A DNA stretch of 64,000 nucleotides from the IMG/VR virus record IMGVR_UViG_3300021256_002372, positions 32,001 through 96,000 of that record. One strand, given 5' to 3'. The stretch comes from a virus. Lineage: Duplodnaviria > Caudoviricetes. Under the pieces are notes generated by a model. It ran no database searches and was not told the DNA's origin. It saw nothing but the letters and a program-made list of their open reading frames with translations. Positions 10,701-18,921 of the stretch are shown in pieces. The translations under genes and the position numbers were made by a program. Position 1 is the first letter of the stretch. Each line of letters opens with the position of its first letter.

Positions 10701-13700
10701 GGTATAATCTGCGCCTTCACAATTTCAAGTTCTTTGGAAGTCTCGTCATCCTTGCTGATACAAGCACTGATCAGGTCATAATATCTGCACCAACAATTTA
10801 TGTCAAGACCTTCTTGAATCAGCTTGTCCATAGTTTTCTTGCTAATTGAGTAAAAATTGCGTTGAGTGGAGATACTCAGCACATTGATGGTGCTGTCAAG
10901 ATCGGCTAGAATGATGATACGAGCTTCTGGAGTAAGCTTATTTTCATTTTGCAGCATTTCTATACCCACGATATAAGCCACTTCTAGATAGGAAGGCATG
11001 TCGCGCTTAGTATTTGTTTTAGACATCACCATGAGTAACTGGATGCCTAATTCAGTTTTCTTCTCCCCTTCGGCAACTCGATATGCCGCATAAAGCTCCT
11101 CCATATCGGTAACCTTTGGCTGAGGGATGTTCAACATCCTAGAAACCGCATTAATAAACTTATATTTGCTGCTTTTAGCCGTTCTGTAACTTGAATCACC
11201 ATCAAGACTCGGAGGAGCAAACATTTCTGACATATCTGACAGCATATACTGCTTCAATGCTAAATATGACTTGTGCCATGTCTCCGGCAAGTTCTTGTCA
11301 AAGTCAAGATCGTCAAAGTACATTGCCAAGGATTCAGCATCTTTACTGATTGCAGCCTGAACACAATGTAAAAAACGGTAAACAGTTTGTGCTTGTGGAT
11401 GCTCGGTCGAGATATAATTTAGCACGTACAGATAACGATCACTTGTGTCACCTTTTGCAGAAAGCGAGTACATCTTTTCGTATAGGCGCAACGGGAGTTG
11501 CACAGATGCAAGTAGCGGAATGAGCATCTCACGGCATTGGTCAAAATCCTTAGTTGGAACTTTCAGTATCTTTGTTACGCATGTGCTGGCCTTTTCAGAT
11601 TGCACCACTTCTACTAACAGCTCATACGATTTTGTATCTGAGTGCATTTGTAAATATGCAAGAACATCATGAACCGGTTTAGAAACCCCTTCGGACAGTT
11701 TTAACAAATAGTCGATTTTATCAGGATGAAGAATATAATATTTCAAGGTGCTGACATTGAATTCACGATAAGCAACTTCAGAAACAACCAGTTTCATTGC
11801 GTTCGGATTAAAGCATTCAACATCAGAGAGGAGGTGCATGGTACATTCGTCAAAGAATTCACAGAAGTCTCCGTTTAGCAATGAAAACAGCATCAATTTG
11901 TGCATTGTATTCATTTCGGTTGTGCATTGTAAATCTTCGGATTTACAAACGAGTAACATGATTGCTTGCTTAAAAGGAATATATTTTGTTTGATAGCTCA
12001 ATTCCTTATGACCAAAATATTCCATACTGGAAATAATTGATCCGTCATCTATCTCATCGACATGATTTGAACCAAGAAGGCAAAGTGCCAGCAACGCCTT
12101 TTGATATCTTCTCTCGATATAAAAAAGATCAAAGTCGCTGTTATGATAAACCTGATACAGATAGGTTTTATATGAGAAATATGCAAAAATATCAAACGCA
12201 TCCCAAGCCGTTAGTTCTGCATAGCTACAGCTAAAATAGTTAGAATACAGATCTTGATCATAGAGTACAGAGGCGATGATAGAATACACGATCATTTTGT
12301 AAGGTGCGGAATATGTTTCCCTATCGAATAAAAACAGGTTTTTCTTGCTTGGATAACAGGACAGAATGGTTGCAATATCACGCTTGATACGAATAATGTC
12401 ATGTTCGGACTGATTCATCCAGTTCGGGATATAGCCTTGCGTTATTTCATCAGAATACCCATATAGGAAGCGCACAACAGAAACGAGGTTGCTTTCAACA
12501 TACCCGAGCGCATTCCAATGCTCATTTCGAAGGATATTTCGATATTCAAAGGCATTTTCAACCTTATCATACACCTTGCACAAGTGACGTAAGATAGCGA
12601 TTCTTCCTTCATCGTAAACAAGCAATCTTGACATATCGATGAGGCTGAACAAATCTTCTTGACCATCTATGCACTCAATAAGATCAAAGTATATCTCCTC
12701 ATGTGATTCATTAAACTTATTTGCACAGATATTTATAAAATCTTGAACAGAATAATTAAGTTCACGCGTTATAGGACTGATAGTTATTCTCGTTTTGAAA
12801 TCATCACTTTGTATCATTGCGTCATGTATTTTGTGAAAAATGATTTCTGAATCTGCATTCGCAAGAAAAGGACATATCATATTTAGATAATTAAAAGGGA
12901 TTTCATCAATCGTGAGTGCAATTTGACTCTCCGCCATTTGTATGACAATTCCTGTAAATTCTGGCGTAGCCTTCATTTCTAAATAAGAAATGGCATTTGC
13001 GCAAGCGCAAATTTTCCATGCATTCAAGTTAGGCTTCTTAGTGATGTGTTCAAAGAACTTTCTCCATCTTTGTGGATCTTTTGCGTTCTTAATCAGATAT
13101 TCGTAATTCGAAGCAAATGAATGCGTCTGCTTTTTCGACAGTCCTATTTTCTCTGGTAGTTTAAGATTTCCACACCAATCAAGGAAATCGATTAGCTGTT
13201 CAGTCGACAGATAGATAAAGGACTTTTCAATGACCGAAAAACGAGTCATAGTATCGTTCACTACTTTTGTAAACCGATTTCCGAGCCATCTGCGGAATTG
13301 TGTATATATGTGGCTGTGTCCTCTTTCCAATGTATCCTTATAGCATGCATACAGGTAAATAGCGTAAAACGGATTGTTCAAAACACAGTATAGAACAATC
13401 ATTGTATTAATGACATATGTTGAATTAGCTGTATAGTGTTTAGATGTAAATGCAAGAGCTTTCTCCAAAGACCATGCGCTGTTAAAAATGTTTCGCGTTT
13501 GCTCAGAAATGCCACAGTGTTCGCATATATCGATTGTTACATGTAGAATATGATCTTGAAGATTATTATCGATTACAAATGAAAGAGCTTCTTCGTAATA
13601 GTGAAGGAAAATTAAAGAATCAATATACTTTACAATGAGTTGTCGATTTGTCTGCTCCGGACTGCCATTAAACACGTGTTTGAATAATCGGCAAAAGGCT

Positions 13701-16594
13701 TCGTAGGCGTGAATAGCATATAAGTCATCTAGAACATCCTCCACATGATCCGGTGCGCTATCAATGATATCACAACCCATTACCCAATCTGCATACGCAT
13801 CTTGCAGTTTCATTTCATGCGTATAATCAAACTTGAACACATCAAACAGACTAATCAGCACAGGCGATGTAACTTCTGTCACAGGGAAAACATCTGACGT
13901 CTGCTGTGCATAATAGCTATCTGAAATATTCCTCCAATGTCCCCAGTTTTCTTTCATATCCACAGTTAATACTGCTTCTGATATATCATCAAAAGATTTT
14001 TTTGCGTACACTGCCAATCCGTAAAATGCATCATTAGTGCTGAGAAGATTAATAATCACAGAAAAAGAACCAAGTAATGATAAGCGCTTTTCTTGCTTAG
14101 TAAGATCTCCTTGTGTTACTCGCAAGCGCAGAATCTCATCGACACTTGCTTCGCAATCATATTTCAGTGTAAATGCCAAGATCTTTAGAAAAGCAGGTGA
14201 AAGGACATCAACAAATCCAATCTTCTCCCAAATTTGCGCTACAATTTTCTGATACAGTTCTTTGTTGATATTCGTGTCAAAGATTGTGCGGTATTCCTCT
14301 TCTGTCAGCGTGTCATAGTGATTATACACCTTAAATAAAAAATGAAACATTGGCTCAGCAAAAAGGTGACTAATCGGAGAGATCTCGTTGAGCGCATTGA
14401 GGTCAACAAAAGTCGAAAACAACTGGGTTAAAAAGATTCTGGAAGGACAATCAAATTGATTCTGTTCTTCGCAAATAGAAATAATAGAAGGCAGATACAA
14501 CCAATTTTCAGGCGAACCAGGTATCAGAGATGCTCCTGACTGCGGACGGTTCACACGCTTTATCATTCTGCACAACTCGTTCAGCTGCTCATATTTTCTA
14601 CTTGGGTGGGCTATGATATAAATAAACAACAGATAGGGATATAATTCATTCCAACATGACTCTGCACGCTCAATCAATCCTATGTAATCAGTATTATGCG
14701 TTTTGGCGGCTAAATATCCAATGGAATTGAATAATTCTTTTGCTGCATTAATTTTATCTTTTTTCAATCGGAACGTGCGGGGTGGGATACTTGTGGAGAG
14801 GCATTCTTCCAGTGCAGTATTATCTATTACGATTCCATTCTTGTATTTTTTTACAATGTCAGTGCCCAAAGGTGCTTCAAGCAACGTTTTTTGGAACGAA
14901 TTTAGTGTAAACACAGCTTCTTCATCTTTGGTAAGTAAACGTTTAGCACACGTTAATGCTTTGGTAAAGAAGAAGGGTGGGATGTCAATAGGGCGATATT
15001 TCGTAAAATGTTCAGATGATAAGAATCCGTAATAATCGCCTGACTCGTAAAGCGGAGTTAATACCGAGGCATCGTCAGACGAGAAAAAAGAGATTTCCTG
15101 TCCGCTCGCTATAATAATGGCTGGATAGTCTTTTCCCCCAATATATGCATGCGTTTTCGACACGAAATCGGTTAAATACTTTTCTACGAATTGTGTCAAA
15201 GAGTCTGCATACAGTTTATAATTATCCAAACCAAATCGTTTGAAAATTGTTGGTAACTCGGAGGATAACATATACCCATTATCCCTGATGATGGTGCTGA
15301 TTGTCTCAGATACACTCAATACTATATCAGAAGGCAACATTAATTCACCACTATAATTATCAAAGCTCTCAAAATCAACACGCCCTTTTTGTAAAAGAAC
15401 CCGCTTGTAATACCGTTGACCGATAACCACATCATCTTGTATCTCTAATCCATTCAATTCTTTTTCAACGAATTCAGAGAAACTTGAGGGGAGAATGGAG
15501 GCATCTATATTGTACTTCTCAAGCAATCCTGTCACAAGTGAAAAGTCAGCAAACCCTCGCTCACCTATGATTTGGAGAAGTTCAGATTTCATATCTTCAA
15601 TAGCTGCTGCTTTAAGTCTACTATCAACGGATGTAATAATACAGGGCTGAGTTTTCCCATCTATGTAAACATTTGTTTCAACTTTGAACTCAGTGTTGAA
15701 ATATAAAGATATAAAAGCTGTAATAGATTCAGCAAATCGATGATAGTCTAGGATGCCAGCTTTTTTCAACAACGCTGGAAAATATGCCCCCTTGACATAA
15801 CCATATTCCTCTATGTACTGTTTGATAATACTCACAGTATTTTTAAGAGCTTCTTCATCCAAATTGTTGTTAGGCAAAATTATACAAGGCTGATTTTTTC
15901 CGTCAATAATAACATTATTTTCAACTCTAAATTCGTTGCTAAAAAAGGATGAAATAAATGAGACGATAGAAACCGCATACTGATGAAAATCGTTGATCCC
16001 TGCTTGTTTGAGCAGTTCTGGCAGATATGCTCCTTTGATATAGCCATGTTCCCTGATGTATTGTGTTAAAACACTGACAACCTTCTTCATTGTGTCATTA
16101 TCCAGATCTTGTGATGACATAGGGGATTTTCCAAATGAAAGATTTGCACTTGCTTGCGCAGAAACAATCGCGCAGGGACAAATTTTGCCATTCACCCTTA
16201 CATCAGATCTTGATGTGTATTTGGGGGCCAAGTATTTTGAAATAAATCCAGTCATATTTTGGGCGTAGGTTTTAACATCTTGTACTCCATTACCTTTTAA
16301 TAACTGCGAAAATTCTATTGCTGTTAAAAAGCCTTTTTGCTCAACAATTGCATCAACTTCAGCAATAATATCTTGGACGATATCGTTCGATAATTCAGGA
16401 TACTCTATTTCGGCTTGACGAATTAATTGCGCGTACTCTTTTCCCTCTAACTCAATGATATCAAATTCGATAATGAAACCAGGGCGTACATAAACTGAAG
16501 GACTAGAAAAAGAATATTCCCTGCCATCCTGAGAAGATATGATCCCCTGTACTATCCCATCAATCTTAGACACCGTTATTACTCTTCCGATCAT
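7766..16594 (-). CDS. Giant multidomain protein: OB/cold-shock-like N-terminus, 5 LOTUS/OST-HTH-like repeats, long helical region, beta-rich domain, STAND-like NTPase, C-terminal HEPN
   Basis: GIISSQDGREYSF (CSD-like); five ~80-aa repeats G(F/Y)..(L/F)..LL...G..D...Y..S...F(I/V); LFGRENDK, Walker A GPSRIGKTS (10078-10052), Walker B LLMDEFQ; LDYSPVSIMYCKLIE...IRNPSAH (RxxxxH). Start MIGRV at 16594 behind GGGGG. Confidence 0.8.
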   Translation of the reverse strand: MIGRVITVSKIDGIVQGIISSQDGREYSFSSPSVYVRPGFIIEFDIIELEGKEYAQLIRQAEIEYPELSNDIVQDIIAEVDAIVEQKGFLTAIEFSQLLKGNGVQDVKTYAQNMTGFISKYLAPKYTSRSDVRVNGKICPCAIVSAQASANLSFGKSPMSSQDLDNDTMKKVVSVLTQYIREHGYIKGAYLPELLKQAGINDFHQYAVSIVSFISSFFSNEFRVENNVIIDGKNQPCIILPNNNLDEEALKNTVSIIKQYIEEYGYVKGAYFPALLKKAGILDYHRFAESITAFISLYFNTEFKVETNVYIDGKTQPCIITSVDSRLKAAAIEDMKSELLQIIGERGFADFSLVTGLLEKYNIDASILPSSFSEFVEKELNGLEIQDDVVIGQRYYKRVLLQKGRVDFESFDNYSGELMLPSDIVLSVSETISTIIRDNGYMLSSELPTIFKRFGLDNYKLYADSLTQFVEKYLTDFVSKTHAYIGGKDYPAIIIASGQEISFFSSDDASVLTPLYESGDYYGFLSSEHFTKYRPIDIPPFFFTKALTCAKRLLTKDEEAVFTLNSFQKTLLEAPLGTDIVKKYKNGIVIDNTALEECLSTSIPPRTFRLKKDKINAAKELFNSIGYLAAKTHNTDYIGLIERAESCWNELYPYLLFIYIIAHPSRKYEQLNELCRMIKRVNRPQSGASLIPGSPENWLYLPSIISICEEQNQFDCPSRIFLTQLFSTFVDLNALNEISPISHLFAEPMFHFLFKVYNHYDTLTEEEYRTIFDTNINKELYQKIVAQIWEKIGFVDVLSPAFLKILAFTLKYDCEASVDEILRLRVTQGDLTKQEKRLSLLGSFSVIINLLSTNDAFYGLAVYAKKSFDDISEAVLTVDMKENWGHWRNISDSYYAQQTSDVFPVTEVTSPVLISLFDVFKFDYTHEMKLQDAYADWVMGCDIIDSAPDHVEDVLDDLYAIHAYEAFCRLFKHVFNGSPEQTNRQLIVKYIDSLIFLHYYEEALSFVIDNNLQDHILHVTIDICEHCGISEQTRNIFNSAWSLEKALAFTSKHYTANSTYVINTMIVLYCVLNNPFYAIYLYACYKDTLERGHSHIYTQFRRWLGNRFTKVVNDTMTRFSVIEKSFIYLSTEQLIDFLDWCGNLKLPEKIGLSKKQTHSFASNYEYLIKNAKDPQRWRKFFEHITKKPNLNAWKICACANAISYLEMKATPEFTGIVIQMAESQIALTIDEIPFNYLNMICPFLANADSEIIFHKIHDAMIQSDDFKTRITISPITRELNYSVQDFINICANKFNESHEEIYFDLIECIDGQEDLFSLIDMSRLLVYDEGRIAILRHLCKVYDKVENAFEYRNILRNEHWNALGYVESNLVSVVRFLYGYSDEITQGYIPNWMNQSEHDIIRIKRDIATILSCYPSKKNLFLFDRETYSAPYKMIVYSIIASVLYDQDLYSNYFSCSYAELTAWDAFDIFAYFSYKTYLYQVYHNSDFDLFYIERRYQKALLALCLLGSNHVDEIDDGSIISSMEYFGHKELSYQTKYIPFKQAIMLLVCKSEDLQCTTEMNTMHKLMLFSLLNGDFCEFFDECTMHLLSDVECFNPNAMKLVVSEVAYREFNVSTLKYYILHPDKIDYLLKLSEGVSKPVHDVLAYLQMHSDTKSYELLVEVVQSEKASTCVTKILKVPTKDFDQCREMLIPLLASVQLPLRLYEKMYSLSAKGDTSDRYLYVLNYISTEHPQAQTVYRFLHCVQAAISKDAESLAMYFDDLDFDKNLPETWHKSYLALKQYMLSDMSEMFAPPSLDGDSSYRTAKSSKYKFINAVSRMLNIPQPKVTDMEELYAAYRVAEGEKKTELGIQLLMVMSKTNTKRDMPSYLEVAYIVGIEMLQNENKLTPEARIIILADLDSTINVLSISTQRNFYSISKKTMDKLIQEGLDINCWCRYYDLISACISKDDETSKELEIVKAQIIPVLQKVLHKDTSLEQRLIILKSLNIATVFYSRFAGYLQKAVEHEIKQLEKDVRLHIEIVNDSCSDGCIYAQILNVGHSTVNLDNLGDNHVKITLSFNDNPNEIIIGMDNTITELRHGYVSGFCVKLPIQLENLSTVDVTVSAWLNQVLYSRFRKTLQIHHDQESVGISEKKQWYHVDSAVTDEEMLFGRENDKEKLRQSLKEGLTVLYGPSRIGKTSLLNWVRRFLSKQNVTAPNSSAKRIITILLAGERTFKERDYTIKFYDDTPLDYSNASEVSDYLLCDSIIHSIDKPKRFAVVGEELTQELKKQITSVLSDKKSNLVDRYSNLEELLRKNETELWLLMDEFQEVVRQWKNIESATSAFALVCSDLKISDPEYPHAVRLVLCGSDELLKQMTSTEKSVWRKIIPDTGILVGPLPRDGFRKMICEAEEFPKDLICYSDSAIDALYTYTGGIALYGKEICNTILRKVCRDASSFTNRNTIFPSDITWAVQTLLNRQKHEQTTNGSVVEGIIHIYDAVVKNLDKETDMLFLMYIAQWLRENPSNESFPKSVFNSMRLKDLYANTIGDSIEIAVKRGILREQRDESGIVCAYTFTTVFYYYAFLGINQMSCEQIENRLAAPPEDPQFELEEDKASTLSTAKEEFDRLSPDAKYNLLSMAYLDTSIPSEKMTEFRKRVAVDVINTGTIIENQTIQISVKNITNTLNGILTANGDPQKVLTGLRDLPRLNAYLPPHNSEETDISDARLSYAIDGYAADMEESLQTAVDKTETELPAVWDILKISEEEFNVFHQRYNIPSCFIDSLRLAAQLEKMFINGSIGGDLSTLDYSPVSIMYCKLIESMLKEYHTDIYSQVLVDVKTDLRKDAREKYTWGAIRRLPQSQKQKLTIGSFAFPINVSHGNNASNTTSNIADLANGSFGSARDWRLHAAFIANIRDIRNPSAHGNKGQLITLSELQQLTKELFDDEGFTRLIKLVKEPIE

Positions 16595-16608
16595 TTTATA
16601 TCCCCCTA

Positions 16609-17085
16609 TCAACTGTTAAACCATTTTTGCCAATTATCATCTTGAATTGCATGAGATGTTTTCTTTTTAGTATCAGCAGTTTGAGCTTTTTTAGCATCGA
16701 TTGTTTGAACCGTTTTAGGTCGTTCAGTTTCTATCACTGCGAACGCATAATTGTTCGGATCAAAATCAAATATATTTGCGGAATATCCGTTTCTTGTCAT
16801 CTCAAAGATTGTAGCGCCACTATCAATAGCCTTATTGAATGCATACAGAATCGTTGCTTCAATAAGCTTCCTTCCAATCTCATTGATTGGGTGAGCTATA
16901 TCCATAAAGCCACCTTGTTTTTTGGGCTTACTCGGCATTGCTATAAAGAATCGTTCATTTGCATATAAGACCTTAATATCATTAACAGCAAATACGCCAT
17001 CAATAACTATACTTGCTACTGCCTTCATTTTGCTATTGCTATTGGACTCAGGAAACACATATATCTTCACCGAAGTAATAACCAT
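16609..17085 (-). CDS. spoVG: SpoVG-family nucleic-acid-binding protein with C-terminal extension
   Basis: ITSVKI...MKAVASIVID..FAVNDIKV...FIAMPS....GGFMDIAHPIN matches SpoVG; ~70 extra residues; SD AAGGAG. Confidence 0.85.
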   Translation of the reverse strand: MVITSVKIYVFPESNSNSKMKAVASIVIDGVFAVNDIKVLYANERFFIAMPSKPKKQGGFMDIAHPINEIGRKLIEATILYAFNKAIDSGATIFEMTRNGYSANIFDFDPNNYAFAVIETERPKTVQTIDAKKAQTADTKKKTSHAIQDDNWQKWFNS

Positions 17086-17160
17086 AATCATTCTCCTTGT
17101 AAAAATAAAAAGCAAATCGTTTCGACATATAGCCCTGTGTTTTTCTTGATATTCATATTA

Positions 17161-17189
17161 ATTATAGCACATTTCGACAATAAAGTCAA
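17161..17189 (-). promoter_or_regulatory. Extended -10 SigA promoter for the spoVG-like operon
   Basis: TTGACT-17 bp-TATAAT with TG upstream of the -10. Confidence 0.8.
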
Positions 17190-17305
17190 GATTTCCAAAG
17201 CGAAAATATAACGGTTCTAAACAAAAAAATTCTGCTCATTATTATGTTTTGCGTATACTGAGAATCAAGTATTACATTCAGTTGATATCACATATGGAAT
17301 ATTAA

Positions 17306-17339
17306 TAATAAAGAGGCTGCAAGTCACCCTGCAACCTCT
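17306..17339 (-). terminator. Probable terminator ending the R-M transcript
   Basis: AGAGGTTGCA...TGCAGCCTCT hairpin followed by TTATTA. Confidence 0.55.
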
Positions 17340-17378
17340 GTATTATTATTCTCTGTCAGTAGTTATTTCTTTCGCTAC

Positions 17379-17660
17379 CTAGGGTTCGTTCGTAGCGGCG
17401 GCACACTTGTCATCAGTGCAACAATTACTCACCCCTAGATGCTTCTCAATGATCCTCATTATCTCCTCAGCTCGTTTTTCACCGATGCCCTTAACGCCCT
17501 TGATATCTTTCTCCACTTCTCTGAGATCAACGGTAGGCGCATCCTTTCGCAGCTCGTCAGCATATCGCACAAGAAACGCCTGCAGTTCCTCACGAGACAT
17601 CTTCTTAATGGAGCGATAGGTATCGCGGTCGATCATATTTTGGCTCATTGTGGTTATCAT
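17379..17660 (-). CDS. Small protein with a helix-hairpin-helix motif
   Basis: VKGIGEKRAEEI HhH signature; start uncertain (17660 or 17648). Confidence 0.65.
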   Translation of the reverse strand: MITTMSQNMIDRDTYRSIKKMSREELQAFLVRYADELRKDAPTVDLREVEKDIKGVKGIGEKRAEEIMRIIEKHLGVSNCCTDDKCAAATNEP

Positions 17661-17697
17661 ACTTCTTACTGTGTTTAATCCGATAGAGAGCATCTGT

Positions 17698-17928
17698 TCA
17701 AGATAAAGTCATCTGCTTAATAGCTCTTTCCACGCTTTCAATTAGCATCGGTCTCCGCATCTCACCGACCATTTTATCAAACTCGTCACCAGTCGGCTCA
17801 CCGTACATGAGGTTATCGCCATCGGTGGTACGAAGCCAGACTAATGCTTTCTTTAGTGAGGATAGTGATGTAGTATCAAAGCCTTTAGATTGCAGGAAGG
17901 TTAAGTTTGCATCGTGTTGTGTGGGCAT
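17698..17928 (-). CDS. Hypothetical protein
   Basis: 76 aa with SD AAAGGA, co-oriented in the operon. Confidence 0.55.
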   Translation of the reverse strand: MPTQHDANLTFLQSKGFDTTSLSSLKKALVWLRTTDGDNLMYGEPTGDEFDKMVGEMRRPMLIESVERAIKQMTLS

Positions 17929-17947
17929 CGTGTGTTTTCCTTTCAGC

Positions 17948-18889
17948 TCAATCGCCAGTGTACTTCTTTAAGAACGGCGTGAATGCCTCTCTGAGCGCAA
18001 CTACCAAGTCAATGGCTCTACTCATCAAATCTCTGTAATTGCTTTGATCGTTGAAGTTCAACTTTGGAATGCAGGTGCAAATTGTGCAGGCTTTTTTGTT
18101 TTCCAGTTTGTCCCAATCCAAAGACATACCTGCTGCAGTTTCAATTTCTGTTTTATGCTCAAAGAAATAGTCGAACATTTCCTTACTGTCATCAATCCAC
18201 AGTCCAACCCTAATCTTGTGGTCTTTATGCACTAAATCAATGGAGATATGGCACTTTGATGATCCAACAGCAACTGTGTACCAGTGATCGGTGGAGGGCT
18301 TATGCTTATTGAAAGGTTTTCCACGCTCATCAATAAGATCGTTCAGTCGCGTCCAAAAATCAAGACGATACTTCTGTGTTTCATTCAACTCGCCCTTTTC
18401 AGCGAGTGCTTTTGCGTTCTTGACAAAGTCATTCGGCTGTTCTATGATTTTGAACATCGGTGCCGGATCAGAATCACCGATTCTATAAGCATGGATTTCA
18501 ATCAAAAAGAAGGAGATATTGTCATCAGTATGGTTATTCAGCCATTCAATGGCACTTGCGTGCTCATCCCTCGCAGTCTCCACAATCCAAACAACAACGC
18601 TGGCATCCAGACCGGAAGCATAAGTGATGATCTTTCCGAGATGGTCGTGGTTCGTCTGTTCAAGCTGATTTTCAATCAGAACAGATTTGCCAGTAAGTTC
18701 ATCCTTGCAAATGATATCGCAGCGATAGCTGCCCACGAACTGTTCTGTGTTCACATCGGTCAGCGAAAGGTTGAGAACCTCTCCGAGTAACTTGATGTTT
18801 TCTTCTTCAGCAAGCCACTTTGAGAAGTCATATTGTTCATGCGCCCATACATCGCGGATATCAACTTCGTGTAATTTTCCGAGTTTCAT
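17948..18889 (-). CDS. DUF4268 protein with N-terminal PD-(D/E)xK-like domain
   Basis: VWAHEQYDFSKWL, RCDIICKD...VLIENQL..TNHDHLGK; C-terminal LDFWTRL...LDWDKL. Confidence 0.8.
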   Translation of the reverse strand: MKLGKLHEVDIRDVWAHEQYDFSKWLAEEENIKLLGEVLNLSLTDVNTEQFVGSYRCDIICKDELTGKSVLIENQLEQTNHDHLGKIITYASGLDASVVVWIVETARDEHASAIEWLNNHTDDNISFFLIEIHAYRIGDSDPAPMFKIIEQPNDFVKNAKALAEKGELNETQKYRLDFWTRLNDLIDERGKPFNKHKPSTDHWYTVAVGSSKCHISIDLVHKDHKIRVGLWIDDSKEMFDYFFEHKTEIETAAGMSLDWDKLENKKACTICTCIPKLNFNDQSNYRDLMSRAIDLVVALREAFTPFLKKYTGD

Positions 18890-18921
18890 CGAAATCCCTC
18901 CAGTCCCTATATACGATTCTA

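Noticed and set aside
7766-16594. Giant HEPN protein as a Cas13-like effector
   Set aside because: Only one convincing RxxxxH in a HEPN context, an NTPase domain is present, and there is no array.
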